DNA of 64,000 bases from Acidimicrobiales bacterium (lineage in GTDB: Bacteria; Actinomycetota; Acidimicrobiia; Acidimicrobiales; SZUA-35). A program made the translations under genes and the position numbers. Shown piece after piece: positions 34,055 to 44,877 of this stretch. Location of the stretch: the NCBI GenBank assembly GCA_041394265.1, contig JAWKIO010000005.1, positions 3,239,401-3,303,400 of the forward strand, written 5' to 3'. The notes below the pieces were generated by a model. The model searched no databases, had not been told where the DNA came from, and saw only the letters and a list, made by a program, of their open reading frames with translations. The stretch's first letter is position 1. Each line of letters starts with the position of its first letter.

Positions 34055-36364
34055 ATGTTGCGTGCGTTTGCCGGTGATGCCTGGACCATCGAGCAGCAGG
34101 AGTTCGATGCTGCGAACCACCGGGTCTTCGAGAGCCTCTTCTCGCTGGGGAATGGCAACTTCGGCGGCCGTGGAACGCACGAGGAGCAGTACTCGGGCGA
34201 CTCGCTGCAGGGCAACTACGTCGCCGGTGTCTACTACCCCGATCCCACTCGGGTGGGGTGGTGGAAGAACGGCTATCCGGACTACTTCGCCAAGGTGCTC
34301 AACGCCGCCGACTGGACACCCATCGGGGTCGAGATCGACGGCGAACCGCTCGACCTGGCGACGGCTCGCATCGACAGCTACCGGCGCCGCCTGCACCTGC
34401 GAACCGGCGAGCTCGAGCGGGTGTTCCGGGCCACGTTGGCCAGCGGCCGCACGGTCGAGGTCGAGTCGCTCAAGTTCATCAGCATGGCCGATCCCGACCT
34501 CGCGGCCATCCGCTATCGCATCGCCGTGATCGACAATCCCGCCGTGGTGCGACTCGACATCGGGATCGACGGTGACGTCACCAACGAAGACTCCAACCAC
34601 GAGGCTGGGTTCTGGGATCCGGTGGACACCAAGGTCGACGGCACTCGCGGCCTCGTCGTGCTCGAGACCAAGAAGACCGGCTTCATCGTCGGCACGGGCT
34701 TCGACCATGTGGTGACGGTCGAAGGGGCGGCCGCCACGGCCGAACCCCGACCGCAGCAGACCACGACGTCCGTGAGCGTCGGTCACGAGTTCGCCGTCGA
34801 GCCTCGGCAGGTGATCGAGGTGGTGAAGTTCGCAGCGAACATCTCCTCCCGAACGCACGCCCCCGACCAGATCCCCTCGGCGATCGATGCCGTGCTCGAC
34901 CACGCAGTGGCTCAGGGCTTCGATGCCCTTCGGCAGGCACATCACGAGGCGTGGGAACGCAAGTGGGAGGCGTGCGACGTTGCCATCGGTGGTGACGAGC
35001 CGGTGCAACAGGGCGTCCGATTCAGCATCTTCCAGCTCCAGTCCACCTTCACCGGCGTCGACCCGGATCTCAACATCGGGCCCAAGGGGTTCACCGGCGA
35101 GAAGTACGGCGGCGTCACCTACTGGGACACCGAGGCGTTCTGCCTGCCCTTCTACTTGCTGGCCGCCGACCAAGACGTGTCGAAGAACCTGTTGCGCTAT
35201 CGGTACCGGCAGCTCGATCGAGCGATCGAGAACGCCGAGAAGCTCGGCTTCAGCGGGGGAGCGGCGCTCTACCCGATGGTCACCATCAACGGTGAGGAAT
35301 GCCACAACGAGTGGGAGATCACGTTCGAGGAGATCCACCGCAACGGTGCCATCGCCTTTGCGGTCTTCAACTACCTCCGCACGACCGGCGACACTCACTA
35401 TCTGCTCGAGGGTGGCCTCGAGGTGCTCGTGAGCATCGCCCGGTTCTGGGCCCAGCGGGTGTCGTACTCCGAGCCCAAGCAGGCCTGGGTCATGCTGGGG
35501 GTGACCGGACCGAACGAGTACGAGAACAACGTCAACAACAACTGGTACACCAACCTCATGGCGCAATGGACGCTGCGCTACGCCGCCGAGGCCATCGACC
35601 TCGCTCGCTCGATCGACGGCGACGAGACCGATCGCCTTCTCGCATCGCTGTCGTTCGACGAAGCGGCCGAGCGCCCGGTGTGGGCCGACGTGGCCGAGCG
35701 GATCCACCTGCCGTTCGATGCCGAGCGGGGTGTGTTCCTGCAACAGGACGGCTTCCTCGACAAGGAGCTGCGCCCAGCCGACTCACTCGACCCGGCCGAG
35801 CGCCCGATCTCCCACCACTGGTCATGGGACCGGATCCTCCGTTCGTGTTTCATCAAGCAAGCCGACGTGCTGCAGGGCATGTGGGTCTTCGAGGATCGGT
35901 TCGATCTCGACACGTTGCGAGCGAACTTCGACTTCTACGAGCCCATGACCGTGCACGAGTCGTCGCTGTCACCTGCCGTGCATGCGGTGCTCGCCGTCCG
36001 ACTCGGGCGGCTCGACAAGGCGAACGAGATGCTGCGCCGCAGCGCCCGCCTCGATCTCGATGACATCAACGCCGACACGAGCGACGGCTGCCACATCACC
36101 TCGATGGCAGGCACGTGGATCGGAGCCGTCCTCGGCTTCGGTGGCGTGCGCGTTGTCGACGGCGAGCTCGACCTCGCTCCCGTGCTGGCACCGGGATGGA
36201 CCTCGCTCGAGTTCCGTGTGCACTTCCGTGGGGTCTGGCTCGCAGTGGCCGCGACCGCAGAGGCAACCGAGATCACGAGCCTGGGCGAGCACTCGGTAGC
36301 GATTCGGGCGCACGGCGAGCGACACGATCTGGGTCCGGGCGCATCGCTTCGCTTGGCCCACTGA
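34055..36364 (+). CDS. Glycoside hydrolase family 65 disaccharide phosphorylase (second, divergent paralog)
   Basis: 769-aa ORF with FSLGNGNFGGRGTHEE and the catalytic-acid region VTGPNEYENNVNNNWYTN. Starts 18 nt after the PadR stop. Confidence 0.9.
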   Translation: MLRAFAGDAWTIEQQEFDAANHRVFESLFSLGNGNFGGRGTHEEQYSGDSLQGNYVAGVYYPDPTRVGWWKNGYPDYFAKVLNAADWTPIGVEIDGEPLDLATARIDSYRRRLHLRTGELERVFRATLASGRTVEVESLKFISMADPDLAAIRYRIAVIDNPAVVRLDIGIDGDVTNEDSNHEAGFWDPVDTKVDGTRGLVVLETKKTGFIVGTGFDHVVTVEGAAATAEPRPQQTTTSVSVGHEFAVEPRQVIEVVKFAANISSRTHAPDQIPSAIDAVLDHAVAQGFDALRQAHHEAWERKWEACDVAIGGDEPVQQGVRFSIFQLQSTFTGVDPDLNIGPKGFTGEKYGGVTYWDTEAFCLPFYLLAADQDVSKNLLRYRYRQLDRAIENAEKLGFSGGAALYPMVTINGEECHNEWEITFEEIHRNGAIAFAVFNYLRTTGDTHYLLEGGLEVLVSIARFWAQRVSYSEPKQAWVMLGVTGPNEYENNVNNNWYTNLMAQWTLRYAAEAIDLARSIDGDETDRLLASLSFDEAAERPVWADVAERIHLPFDAERGVFLQQDGFLDKELRPADSLDPAERPISHHWSWDRILRSCFIKQADVLQGMWVFEDRFDLDTLRANFDFYEPMTVHESSLSPAVHAVLAVRLGRLDKANEMLRRSARLDLDDINADTSDGCHITSMAGTWIGAVLGFGGVRVVDGELDLAPVLAPGWTSLEFRVHFRGVWLAVAATAEATEITSLGEHSVAIRAHGERHDLGPGASLRLAH

Positions 36365-36370
36365 CCTCGG

Positions 36371-37465
36371 TCAGAACAACAGCACCGGCTTGATCACCTC
36401 GCCGCTGGCGCTTGCGGCCTCGGCGTCGTTGATCTGGTCGATCGCAAACGTGGTGATGAGCTCGTCGAACGGGAAGTCGCCGGCCGCATTCAGCGCGGCC
36501 AATCGAGGGATGAACTCGCTCGGGGTCGAGTCACCTTCCATCACGCCGGTGATGGTGCGGCCGCCGATCATCGACAGGAAGTCGAAGGTGATGTCGCCGA
36601 AGCCGACGCCCGCCATGCCCAAGGTCCCGAGGTTGTTCATGCCCTCGTAGAGCGAGCGGACGACGGCGGCGTTGCCGGTCGTGTCGAAGGCGTAGTCGGT
36701 GCCGCCCCCGGTGAGTTCCTGCATCTGGGCGGCGAAGGTGGTGGGGTCGCCGGACAGTGTGGCGGTGGCGCCGAACCGGGTAGCGAGATCGAGGCGAGAC
36801 TGATGACGGTCGATGGCGATGATCGTGCCCGCGCCGGCCACCTTGGCGGCCATCACCGCACTCAGTCCGAGCGCGCCCGCGCCGGCGATGGCAACCGCCG
36901 AGCCCGGCTGGACGTCGAGGGTGTTCAAGATGGCACCGGCGCCGGTCTGCACACCGCAGCCCAGCGGGCCGAGCTTGGCGAGGTCGTAGGACGTGTCGAC
37001 CTTCACGACCGAGCGCTCGGCGACGACCGTGTGCCCGGCGAACGAGGACTGTCCGAAGTAGTGCGAGCCCACACGGTTGCCGTCGGCGTCGGTGAAGGCT
37101 GCCGACCCGTCGGGCCGGCCGCCCGACATGTTGTGCAGGGAGAAGTTGAAGCAGTACGGCAACTTCCCCCTATTGCAGGCTGGGCAGTCGCCACACGAGT
37201 TGAAGCTCAGCACGACGTGATCGCCGACCTGCACCGAGGTGACCGAGTCGCCCACGGCCTCGACGACGCCGGCACCCTCGTGGCCATAGACCGCGGGTCC
37301 GGCGAAGAACTCGGGCGGGAGCTCACGAGACAACAGATCGGTGTGGCACATGCCGGCGGCGACGACCCGAACGAGCACTTCGTGCGCCGACGGTTCGGCA
37401 ACCGTGAGCGTCTCGATCGAGAACGGACCGTTGCCAGTCCGGAGTACAGCAGCCGTGGTTTCCAT
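36371..37465 (-). CDS. Zinc-dependent NAD(P) alcohol dehydrogenase (MDR family)
   Basis: 364-aa ORF with the catalytic-zinc region GMCHTD...GHEGAGVV, the structural-zinc Cys cluster CGDCPACNRGKLPYC, and the Rossmann motif AIAGAGALG. Confidence 0.9.
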   Translation of the reverse strand: METTAAVLRTGNGPFSIETLTVAEPSAHEVLVRVVAAGMCHTDLLSRELPPEFFAGPAVYGHEGAGVVEAVGDSVTSVQVGDHVVLSFNSCGDCPACNRGKLPYCFNFSLHNMSGGRPDGSAAFTDADGNRVGSHYFGQSSFAGHTVVAERSVVKVDTSYDLAKLGPLGCGVQTGAGAILNTLDVQPGSAVAIAGAGALGLSAVMAAKVAGAGTIIAIDRHQSRLDLATRFGATATLSGDPTTFAAQMQELTGGGTDYAFDTTGNAAVVRSLYEGMNNLGTLGMAGVGFGDITFDFLSMIGGRTITGVMEGDSTPSEFIPRLAALNAAGDFPFDELITTFAIDQINDAEAASASGEVIKPVLLF

Positions 37466-37550
37466 GATCGGTACCTCGCGAAGGTCGGTGGTCGTGCGTG
37501 ACCTTACTCACCAGTTCGGCCACACGTCAGACCCCCGGCCAGGGCGGCCG

Positions 37551-37931
37551 TCAGTCGGTCGTGAACGGTGGGTACTCGTCGGTGAGAAGGAGCGCATAGG
37601 CGTCGAAGCGAATGGTCACCCGGTTCATCTTCATCACCCAGGACCGCAGCGCCTCTGGCCACTTCCCAGTGGCGACCACGGCGAACAATGCCACCACCCA
37701 GCAGATGGCGCCGACGATCGTGATGGCCATGACATAGAGCAGTGCCGGGATCGCCCACAGGAAACGGAGCCCGACGGTGAGACGATCACGATCGACGAGG
37801 GCCGGCGTGAACTCGATGTCGACCGGCGTGCCGCCGGGCTCGGTTGCGGTCATGGCGAAGTCGAACGGAGGGAAGCTGTCGTGCATGAAACCGCCGTACA
37901 TGCTGGCTCTCGTGGAGTAGCGGAGGATCAT
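37551..37931 (-). CDS. DUF4389-like small membrane protein
   Basis: 126-aa ORF with two hydrophobic helices and the family-typical ending RFDAYALLLTDEYPPF. Confidence 0.6.
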   Translation of the reverse strand: MILRYSTRASMYGGFMHDSFPPFDFAMTATEPGGTPVDIEFTPALVDRDRLTVGLRFLWAIPALLYVMAITIVGAICWVVALFAVVATGKWPEALRSWVMKMNRVTIRFDAYALLLTDEYPPFTTD

Positions 37932-38030
37932 GATCTGGAAGTTGGGGGCCGTTGGACTCCTGGCGCAGCCGCAGCGGAAACCGTGGCACTAGGGTCGGCG
38001 GCGGGAGCGAGCGTGAGCAGAGGGAGGACC

Positions 38031-39899
38031 GTGATCGACGGCGACAGGCAACAGCAACCCGGGGCCGATCTCACGGTGTTTCGTGCGAGGTCCATCGTCA
38101 CGATGGATCCCACCCGACCCCGCGCCGAGGCCATCGCCGTGCAGGGCGGCCGAATCATTGCCGTGGGCTCGTTCGACGAGGTGCGCTCGTCGCTCGGCGA
38201 CCGGCCGCACACCATCGACGATCGGTTCGCCAACAGCGTGCTCCTTCCCGGTCTCATCGACCAGCATCTCCACCCGCTTCTCGCCGCATCGACCCTCACG
38301 TCGGAGGTCATTGCCCCCGAGGCATGGGTCATGCCGACCCGCACGTTCGCTGCGGCCCCCACCGAGGCCGACTACGACGAGCGCCTGGCTTCGGCGCATC
38401 GAGCGTTGCCGGCGGGGGAATGGCTGTGGTCGTGGGGCTACCACTTCCTGTGGCACGGCCCGATGAGTCGGCAACGACTCGACGCGATCGTCGGCGACCG
38501 GCCCACGGCCATCTGGCAACGGTCGTGTCACGAGTGGTACCTCAACACTGCCGCCATGGACACCCTTGGTGTGACCGCCGAGAACATGGCAGGCCACGGC
38601 GCGGCGAGTGACATGATCGACCTCGACCGAGGGCATTTCTGGGAGAGCGGTTGGATGGTCGTCCTCGCCCGCCATCTGATGCCGGTGTTCCTCACCGAGC
38701 AACGCTTCCGCGACGGCCTCGAGCAGATGGTCGAGTATCTCCACATGAATGGCGTCACCGCCATCAACGAGCCCGGCATCAGCTGGAAGGTCGAGCCCTG
38801 GCACCTGTACCAGGAGATCCTGGGACGCCACGACGTCCCCTTCACCTCGACCTTTCTCGTCGACGGTCGGAATCAGTCGGTGCAGCGGCTCGACCCAGCA
38901 CTGGTGGTCGACGATGCCGACGAGCAGGTCGCCCGCGCCCCGGCAGGAAAGGTCTCGATGGTGCCCCGGCAGGTGAAGCTGTTTGCCGACGGGGCGATCA
39001 TCTCGCAGCTGATGCAGATGCGAGACGGCTACCTCGACGCAGCAGGTCGACCCGATCCGCACCACCACGGCGAGTGGCTGATGGATCCGCCGACGCTGCG
39101 CCGGTACTTCGATGCCTACTGGGACGCGGGCTGGCAGATCCACGTGCACGTCAATGGCGACTTGGGACTCGAGGTCCTGCTCGACATCATCGACGACGCC
39201 ATGCAGCGACAGCCGAGGATCGATCACCGCACCGTGATCGTGCACTTCGCCACGTCGACCGAGGAGCAGGTGCAGCGGATCGGCCGGCTCGGGGCGATCG
39301 TGTCGGCCAATCCGTACTATCCGATCGGCTTCGCCGACCGCTACCGGGAGGTCGGACTCGGCCCCGACCGAGCCGACCCGATGGTCCGAGCTGCGTCGGT
39401 GCTGCGCCACGACATCCCGTTGTCGTACCACTCCGATCTGCCGATGGGGCCGAGCGACCCCATGGCGATGGCGTCGTTCGGGGTGAACCGCATCACCCAC
39501 TCGGGACGAGTGACGGCACCCGAACAACGCATCTCGGTCCAGGACGCGCTCGAGGCCGTCACCATCGGTGCCGCCCACTCGTGGCGACGCGAACACGACC
39601 TCGGTTCGATCGAGGTCGGCAAGGTCGCCAACTTCACGGTGCTCGCCGATGACCCGTTCTCGGTGGATCCCACCGAACTCGGGCACATCACGGTCGAGGG
39701 CACCGTGTTCGAAGGCTCGTGGTTCCCGGTGCCGGAGGAGCACCGGCGGCGGCGCTCGCTGGCCGCAATCGGCGGCCTCGGTCGAGTCGTCGGTGAGCCG
39801 GGCCGCCACCCCGGCAACGCGGCGTGTGATGGCCACGGTTGTGGGTGCGAGGTGGCGCAGATGATCGCTGATCACCTGGCGCAACGGCCGGTCGCCTGA
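38031..39899 (+). CDS. Amidohydrolase-family metal-dependent hydrolase (YtcJ-like / amidohydrolase 3)
   Basis: The real part of ORF 37341..39899. GTG at 38031 is preceded by AGGGAGGA. Contains LLPGLIDQHLHP and later HVHVNGD and YHSD metal-ligand motifs. Confidence 0.8.
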   Translation: MIDGDRQQQPGADLTVFRARSIVTMDPTRPRAEAIAVQGGRIIAVGSFDEVRSSLGDRPHTIDDRFANSVLLPGLIDQHLHPLLAASTLTSEVIAPEAWVMPTRTFAAAPTEADYDERLASAHRALPAGEWLWSWGYHFLWHGPMSRQRLDAIVGDRPTAIWQRSCHEWYLNTAAMDTLGVTAENMAGHGAASDMIDLDRGHFWESGWMVVLARHLMPVFLTEQRFRDGLEQMVEYLHMNGVTAINEPGISWKVEPWHLYQEILGRHDVPFTSTFLVDGRNQSVQRLDPALVVDDADEQVARAPAGKVSMVPRQVKLFADGAIISQLMQMRDGYLDAAGRPDPHHHGEWLMDPPTLRRYFDAYWDAGWQIHVHVNGDLGLEVLLDIIDDAMQRQPRIDHRTVIVHFATSTEEQVQRIGRLGAIVSANPYYPIGFADRYREVGLGPDRADPMVRAASVLRHDIPLSYHSDLPMGPSDPMAMASFGVNRITHSGRVTAPEQRISVQDALEAVTIGAAHSWRREHDLGSIEVGKVANFTVLADDPFSVDPTELGHITVEGTVFEGSWFPVPEEHRRRRSLAAIGGLGRVVGEPGRHPGNAACDGHGCGCEVAQMIADHLAQRPVA

Positions 39900-39915
39900 T
39901 TGTGACGAGCCACTT

Positions 39916-39937
39916 GCACCAAGCACGTGCTTGGTGC
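39916..39937. promoter_or_regulatory. Perfect 22-bp palindrome GCACCAAGCACGTGCTTGGTGC
   Basis: Two 11-bp arms with no spacer and a central CACGTG. Lies between the amidohydrolase stop (39899) and the likely RraA-like start (39950). Confidence 0.5.
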
Positions 39938-39949
39938 GACCCTGTCGTC

Positions 39950-40681
39950 GTGACCGACCTCTCCGACATTCCCAACGTCCTCACCGACGAGCTCCGTGAG
40001 ATGCTCGCCAGCGTGTCGACGGCGACCATCACCCACCAACTCCAGAATCGGGGCATGCGCAGCACCTTCTTCTCCGGCCTCAAGCCCTTGCTGCCCGGCC
40101 AGTCCATGGTGGGCCGAGCCCGCACCCTTCGCTATGTCGCCCATCGGGCCGACCTGGTCGGTGCCTACTCCGCGGGGCTGAATCCCCAGCGCAAGCTGTC
40201 CGAAACAGCCGAGCCCGGCGACGTCCTGGTCATCGAGGCTCGCGAGGTGCCCGACGCCGGCACCGTCGGCGACATCTACGCCATGCGGGCCTACCACCGC
40301 GGTGCGGTCGGGCTCATCACCGATGGTGCTCTGCGCGACACGCCGGCCATCGCCGAGCTGGGCAAGCCGGTCTATCACCAGGCGTCGCACGGCTCGACCT
40401 GGGGCCGGCACCACATGCCGTTCAGTTGCGATGAGCCGATCACCTGCGCAGGCGTGTTCGTGGTGCCCGGCGATGTGATCGTCGGCGATGCCGAGGGTGC
40501 CGTGGTGATCCCGGCCGCGCTGGTCGCGGAAGTCGCTCGTGATTGTGTCGCCCAGGAGGAGGTCGAGGCCTTCGCCATCGAGCGGGTTCGGGCCGGTGAG
40601 TCGACGGTCGGTTTGTTCCCGCTGTCGAAGGACCGGCGACCCGAGTTCGAGCAGTGGGCTGCCGACCGGGCGAAGGGCTGA
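39950..40681 (+). CDS. RraA-family protein (RraA / HMG-CHA aldolase-like)
   Basis: ORF 39902..40681; I prefer GTG at 39950, downstream of the palindrome. Contains GDVLVIEA...GDIYAMRAYHRGAVGLITDGALRD and VVPGDVIVGDAEG, typical of the family. Confidence 0.75.
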   Translation: MTDLSDIPNVLTDELREMLASVSTATITHQLQNRGMRSTFFSGLKPLLPGQSMVGRARTLRYVAHRADLVGAYSAGLNPQRKLSETAEPGDVLVIEAREVPDAGTVGDIYAMRAYHRGAVGLITDGALRDTPAIAELGKPVYHQASHGSTWGRHHMPFSCDEPITCAGVFVVPGDVIVGDAEGAVVIPAALVAEVARDCVAQEEVEAFAIERVRAGESTVGLFPLSKDRRPEFEQWAADRAKG

Positions 40682-40684
40682 GCC

Positions 40685-41062
40685 GTGACCAAACGACGTT
40701 CCATCCACATCGAGGGTCTCAGTCATCTCACCGCCATCCCGGTCGCCACTCAGATCGGCCCGCTCGTGGTGAGTTCGGTCATCGCCCCGTTCGATCCGGG
40801 CACCCGCAACGTGCCCGAGGATCCGGCCGCCCAGGTCGCCAACATTTTCCGCCATGTTCAGGCCATGCTCGACGAGGCCGGCGCCACGTGGGACGACGTC
40901 GCCAAGATGGACTTCTGGGCCCCGAGTGCCGAAGCCCGAGCGATCATCGATGGCCCCTGGGTCGAGTACTTCCCCGACGAGGCGTCGCGTCCGTCTCGTC
41001 ACACCCACGTCGATGATGGCGGCGCAATGCGCGCCACCTTCATGGCCTACATCGCCGACTGA
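40685..41062 (+). CDS. RidA/YjgF-family protein
   Basis: 125-aa ORF with a GTG start 4 nt after the upstream stop. The length and pattern are typical of RidA-like proteins. Confidence 0.7.
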   Translation: MTKRRSIHIEGLSHLTAIPVATQIGPLVVSSVIAPFDPGTRNVPEDPAAQVANIFRHVQAMLDEAGATWDDVAKMDFWAPSAEARAIIDGPWVEYFPDEASRPSRHTHVDDGGAMRATFMAYIAD

Positions 41063-41073
41063 ACCGGTCGGTT

Positions 41074-41105
41074 CCGTTGGCCGGCTGACCGCAGCCGGCC
41101 AACGG
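41074..41105. terminator. Bidirectional hairpin between convergent genes
   Basis: CCGTTGGCCGGC-tgaccgca-GCCGGCCAACGG has a 12-bp perfect stem. Confidence 0.65.
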
Positions 41106-41113
41106 CGACGAAC

Positions 41114-43375
<2,262 letters not shown>

Positions 43376-43391
43376 GGTTGCCTTCGTCTCG

Positions 43392-44186
43392 TCAGTCGGT
43401 CACGCCGAAGCTGATCTGGCCAAGCGGCCCGAAGTCGGCGACGAACGATTCGCCGGCCTGGATGGGATGCGCCTTGATGAACGAGCCCGACAGCACGCTG
43501 TGCCCGGCCTGCATCTCGACACCGAACTCGTCGAGTTTGCGGGCCAGCCAGGCGACCGAGTTGATCGGATTGCCCATGACGGCGGCTGCCGTACCCGACT
43601 CTTCGATCTCGCCGTTCTTGTAGAGGGCCCCGCCCACGTGGCGAGGATCGATGTCGTTCAGCGACACCGGGTTGCCGGCCACCATGATGAACCCGCACGA
43701 GGCGGCGTCGGAGATGCTGTCGACGACTCCGGGCAACCCTCGCTTGGCGTAGCGGGTGTCGACCACCTCGATCGCCGGAATGATGAAGTCGGTGGCCCGC
43801 ATGACGTCGACCGCGTTGACGTCGGGGCCGCCGAGGTTCTCCTTGAGCACGAAAACGAGCTCGATCTCGACCAGTGGCCGGTTCATCATGCTCATCGAGA
43901 CCTTCGAGCCCTCGTCGAGGAACCAGTTGTCGAAGAGCGTGCCGTAGTCGGGCTCGGTGGCGCCCGTGGTCGAGCGCATGGCCTTGGACGTGAGGCCGAC
44001 CTTGTGGCCCTTCACGACACGACCGTTCGCCACCTTGATCTCGGTGACCAGCTGCCCGACGGCGTAGGCATCTTCGATGTCGGCCCCCTCATAGCGAAGC
44101 GTCAGCGGCTCGATCCACTCCCGAGTGAGCTCGGCGTGGACGAGCGCCTCGGCGGCCTCGCGATGTTGGGCCTCGGTCATGTGCAT
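43392..44186 (-). CDS. 2-keto-4-pentenoate hydratase / 4-oxalocrotonate decarboxylase family (MhpD/XylJ-like)
   Basis: The real part of ORF 43392..44453; ATG at 44186 (MHMTEAQHREAAEAL...). Contains GHKVGLTSKAMR and the family pattern. Confidence 0.8.
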   Translation of the reverse strand: MHMTEAQHREAAEALVHAELTREWIEPLTLRYEGADIEDAYAVGQLVTEIKVANGRVVKGHKVGLTSKAMRSTTGATEPDYGTLFDNWFLDEGSKVSMSMMNRPLVEIELVFVLKENLGGPDVNAVDVMRATDFIIPAIEVVDTRYAKRGLPGVVDSISDAASCGFIMVAGNPVSLNDIDPRHVGGALYKNGEIEESGTAAAVMGNPINSVAWLARKLDEFGVEMQAGHSVLSGSFIKAHPIQAGESFVADFGPLGQISFGVTD

Positions 44187-44200
44187 GGGGGCAGAATCCT

Positions 44201-44746
44201 CTACTGGTTGGTGCCGAAGGTGGCGTAGTCGTTGTCGTCGAGCAGTGACTCGGGACCGGTGGTCGGCAGGACTTCGAAGTAGCTCAGTGCGGCGTCGACG
44301 TCGCCCTCCCAGACCTCCTGCGGCAGATCGTAGAGCACCTCGACACCGTGACCGTCGGGGTCGACCACATAGGCGCTGTGGGTCATGCCGTGGTTGCCAC
44401 GGATGGCGAACTCGACGCCTTCGTTCTGCAGGTACTCGATCTGCGCAAGCCACGAGTCGCGGTCGGGATACGCCAAGGCGAAGTGAGCGATGCCGGGGAT
44501 GCCGGTGAACATGTCCCAGTTGGGCGGCGCACCAGCGCCCTCGGGGTTGGGAATCTGCACCAACGCGAGGTCATGGTGGTGACCTTCATCGCCTCGGTAG
44601 AACCGCATGTCGACGCCGGGGGCGCCGGGGGAGTTCAGCTTGCCGCACGGCTCGAAACCGAGCAGGCCGTAGAACCGCTCGGACGCCTCGATGTCTCGGA
44701 CATTGAGGACGAGATGCTGGAGAAGTGGACGTGACGGTGACGGCAT
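44201..44746 (-). CDS. VOC-family protein, small extradiol-dioxygenase-like
   Basis: ORF 44201..44809; ATG at 44746 is preceded by AAAGGAG. Contains LQHLVLNVRDIEASERFY and a His-rich GDEGHHHDLAL region. Confidence 0.7.
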   Translation of the reverse strand: MPSPSRPLLQHLVLNVRDIEASERFYGLLGFEPCGKLNSPGAPGVDMRFYRGDEGHHHDLALVQIPNPEGAGAPPNWDMFTGIPGIAHFALAYPDRDSWLAQIEYLQNEGVEFAIRGNHGMTHSAYVVDPDGHGVEVLYDLPQEVWEGDVDAALSYFEVLPTTGPESLLDDNDYATFGTNQ

Positions 44747-44877
44747 GGCATGGCTCCTTTGGGCGTTCCCGAATGGCCGAGTCTGACACGATTCGACGAT
44801 GGAAGGCAAACCAAGCGTTTGCTTGGGGAGTGGTCAGTCGTGTGAATGCGAGCGACCCCGTGTCACCTCCGAGGCGG

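Noticed and set aside
15077-36364. The two GH65 genes as a recent duplication or a recombination substrate.
   Set aside because: The proteins share only family-level motifs and have clearly different N-terminal regions. I saw no extended nucleotide identity.
36362-36375. The short palindrome CTGACC-tc-GGTCAG spanning the convergent stops of GH65-2 and the alcohol dehydrogenase, considered as a terminator.
   Set aside because: A 2-nt loop is sterically implausible for a hairpin. It is likely a coincidence of two facing TGA codons in GC-rich context.
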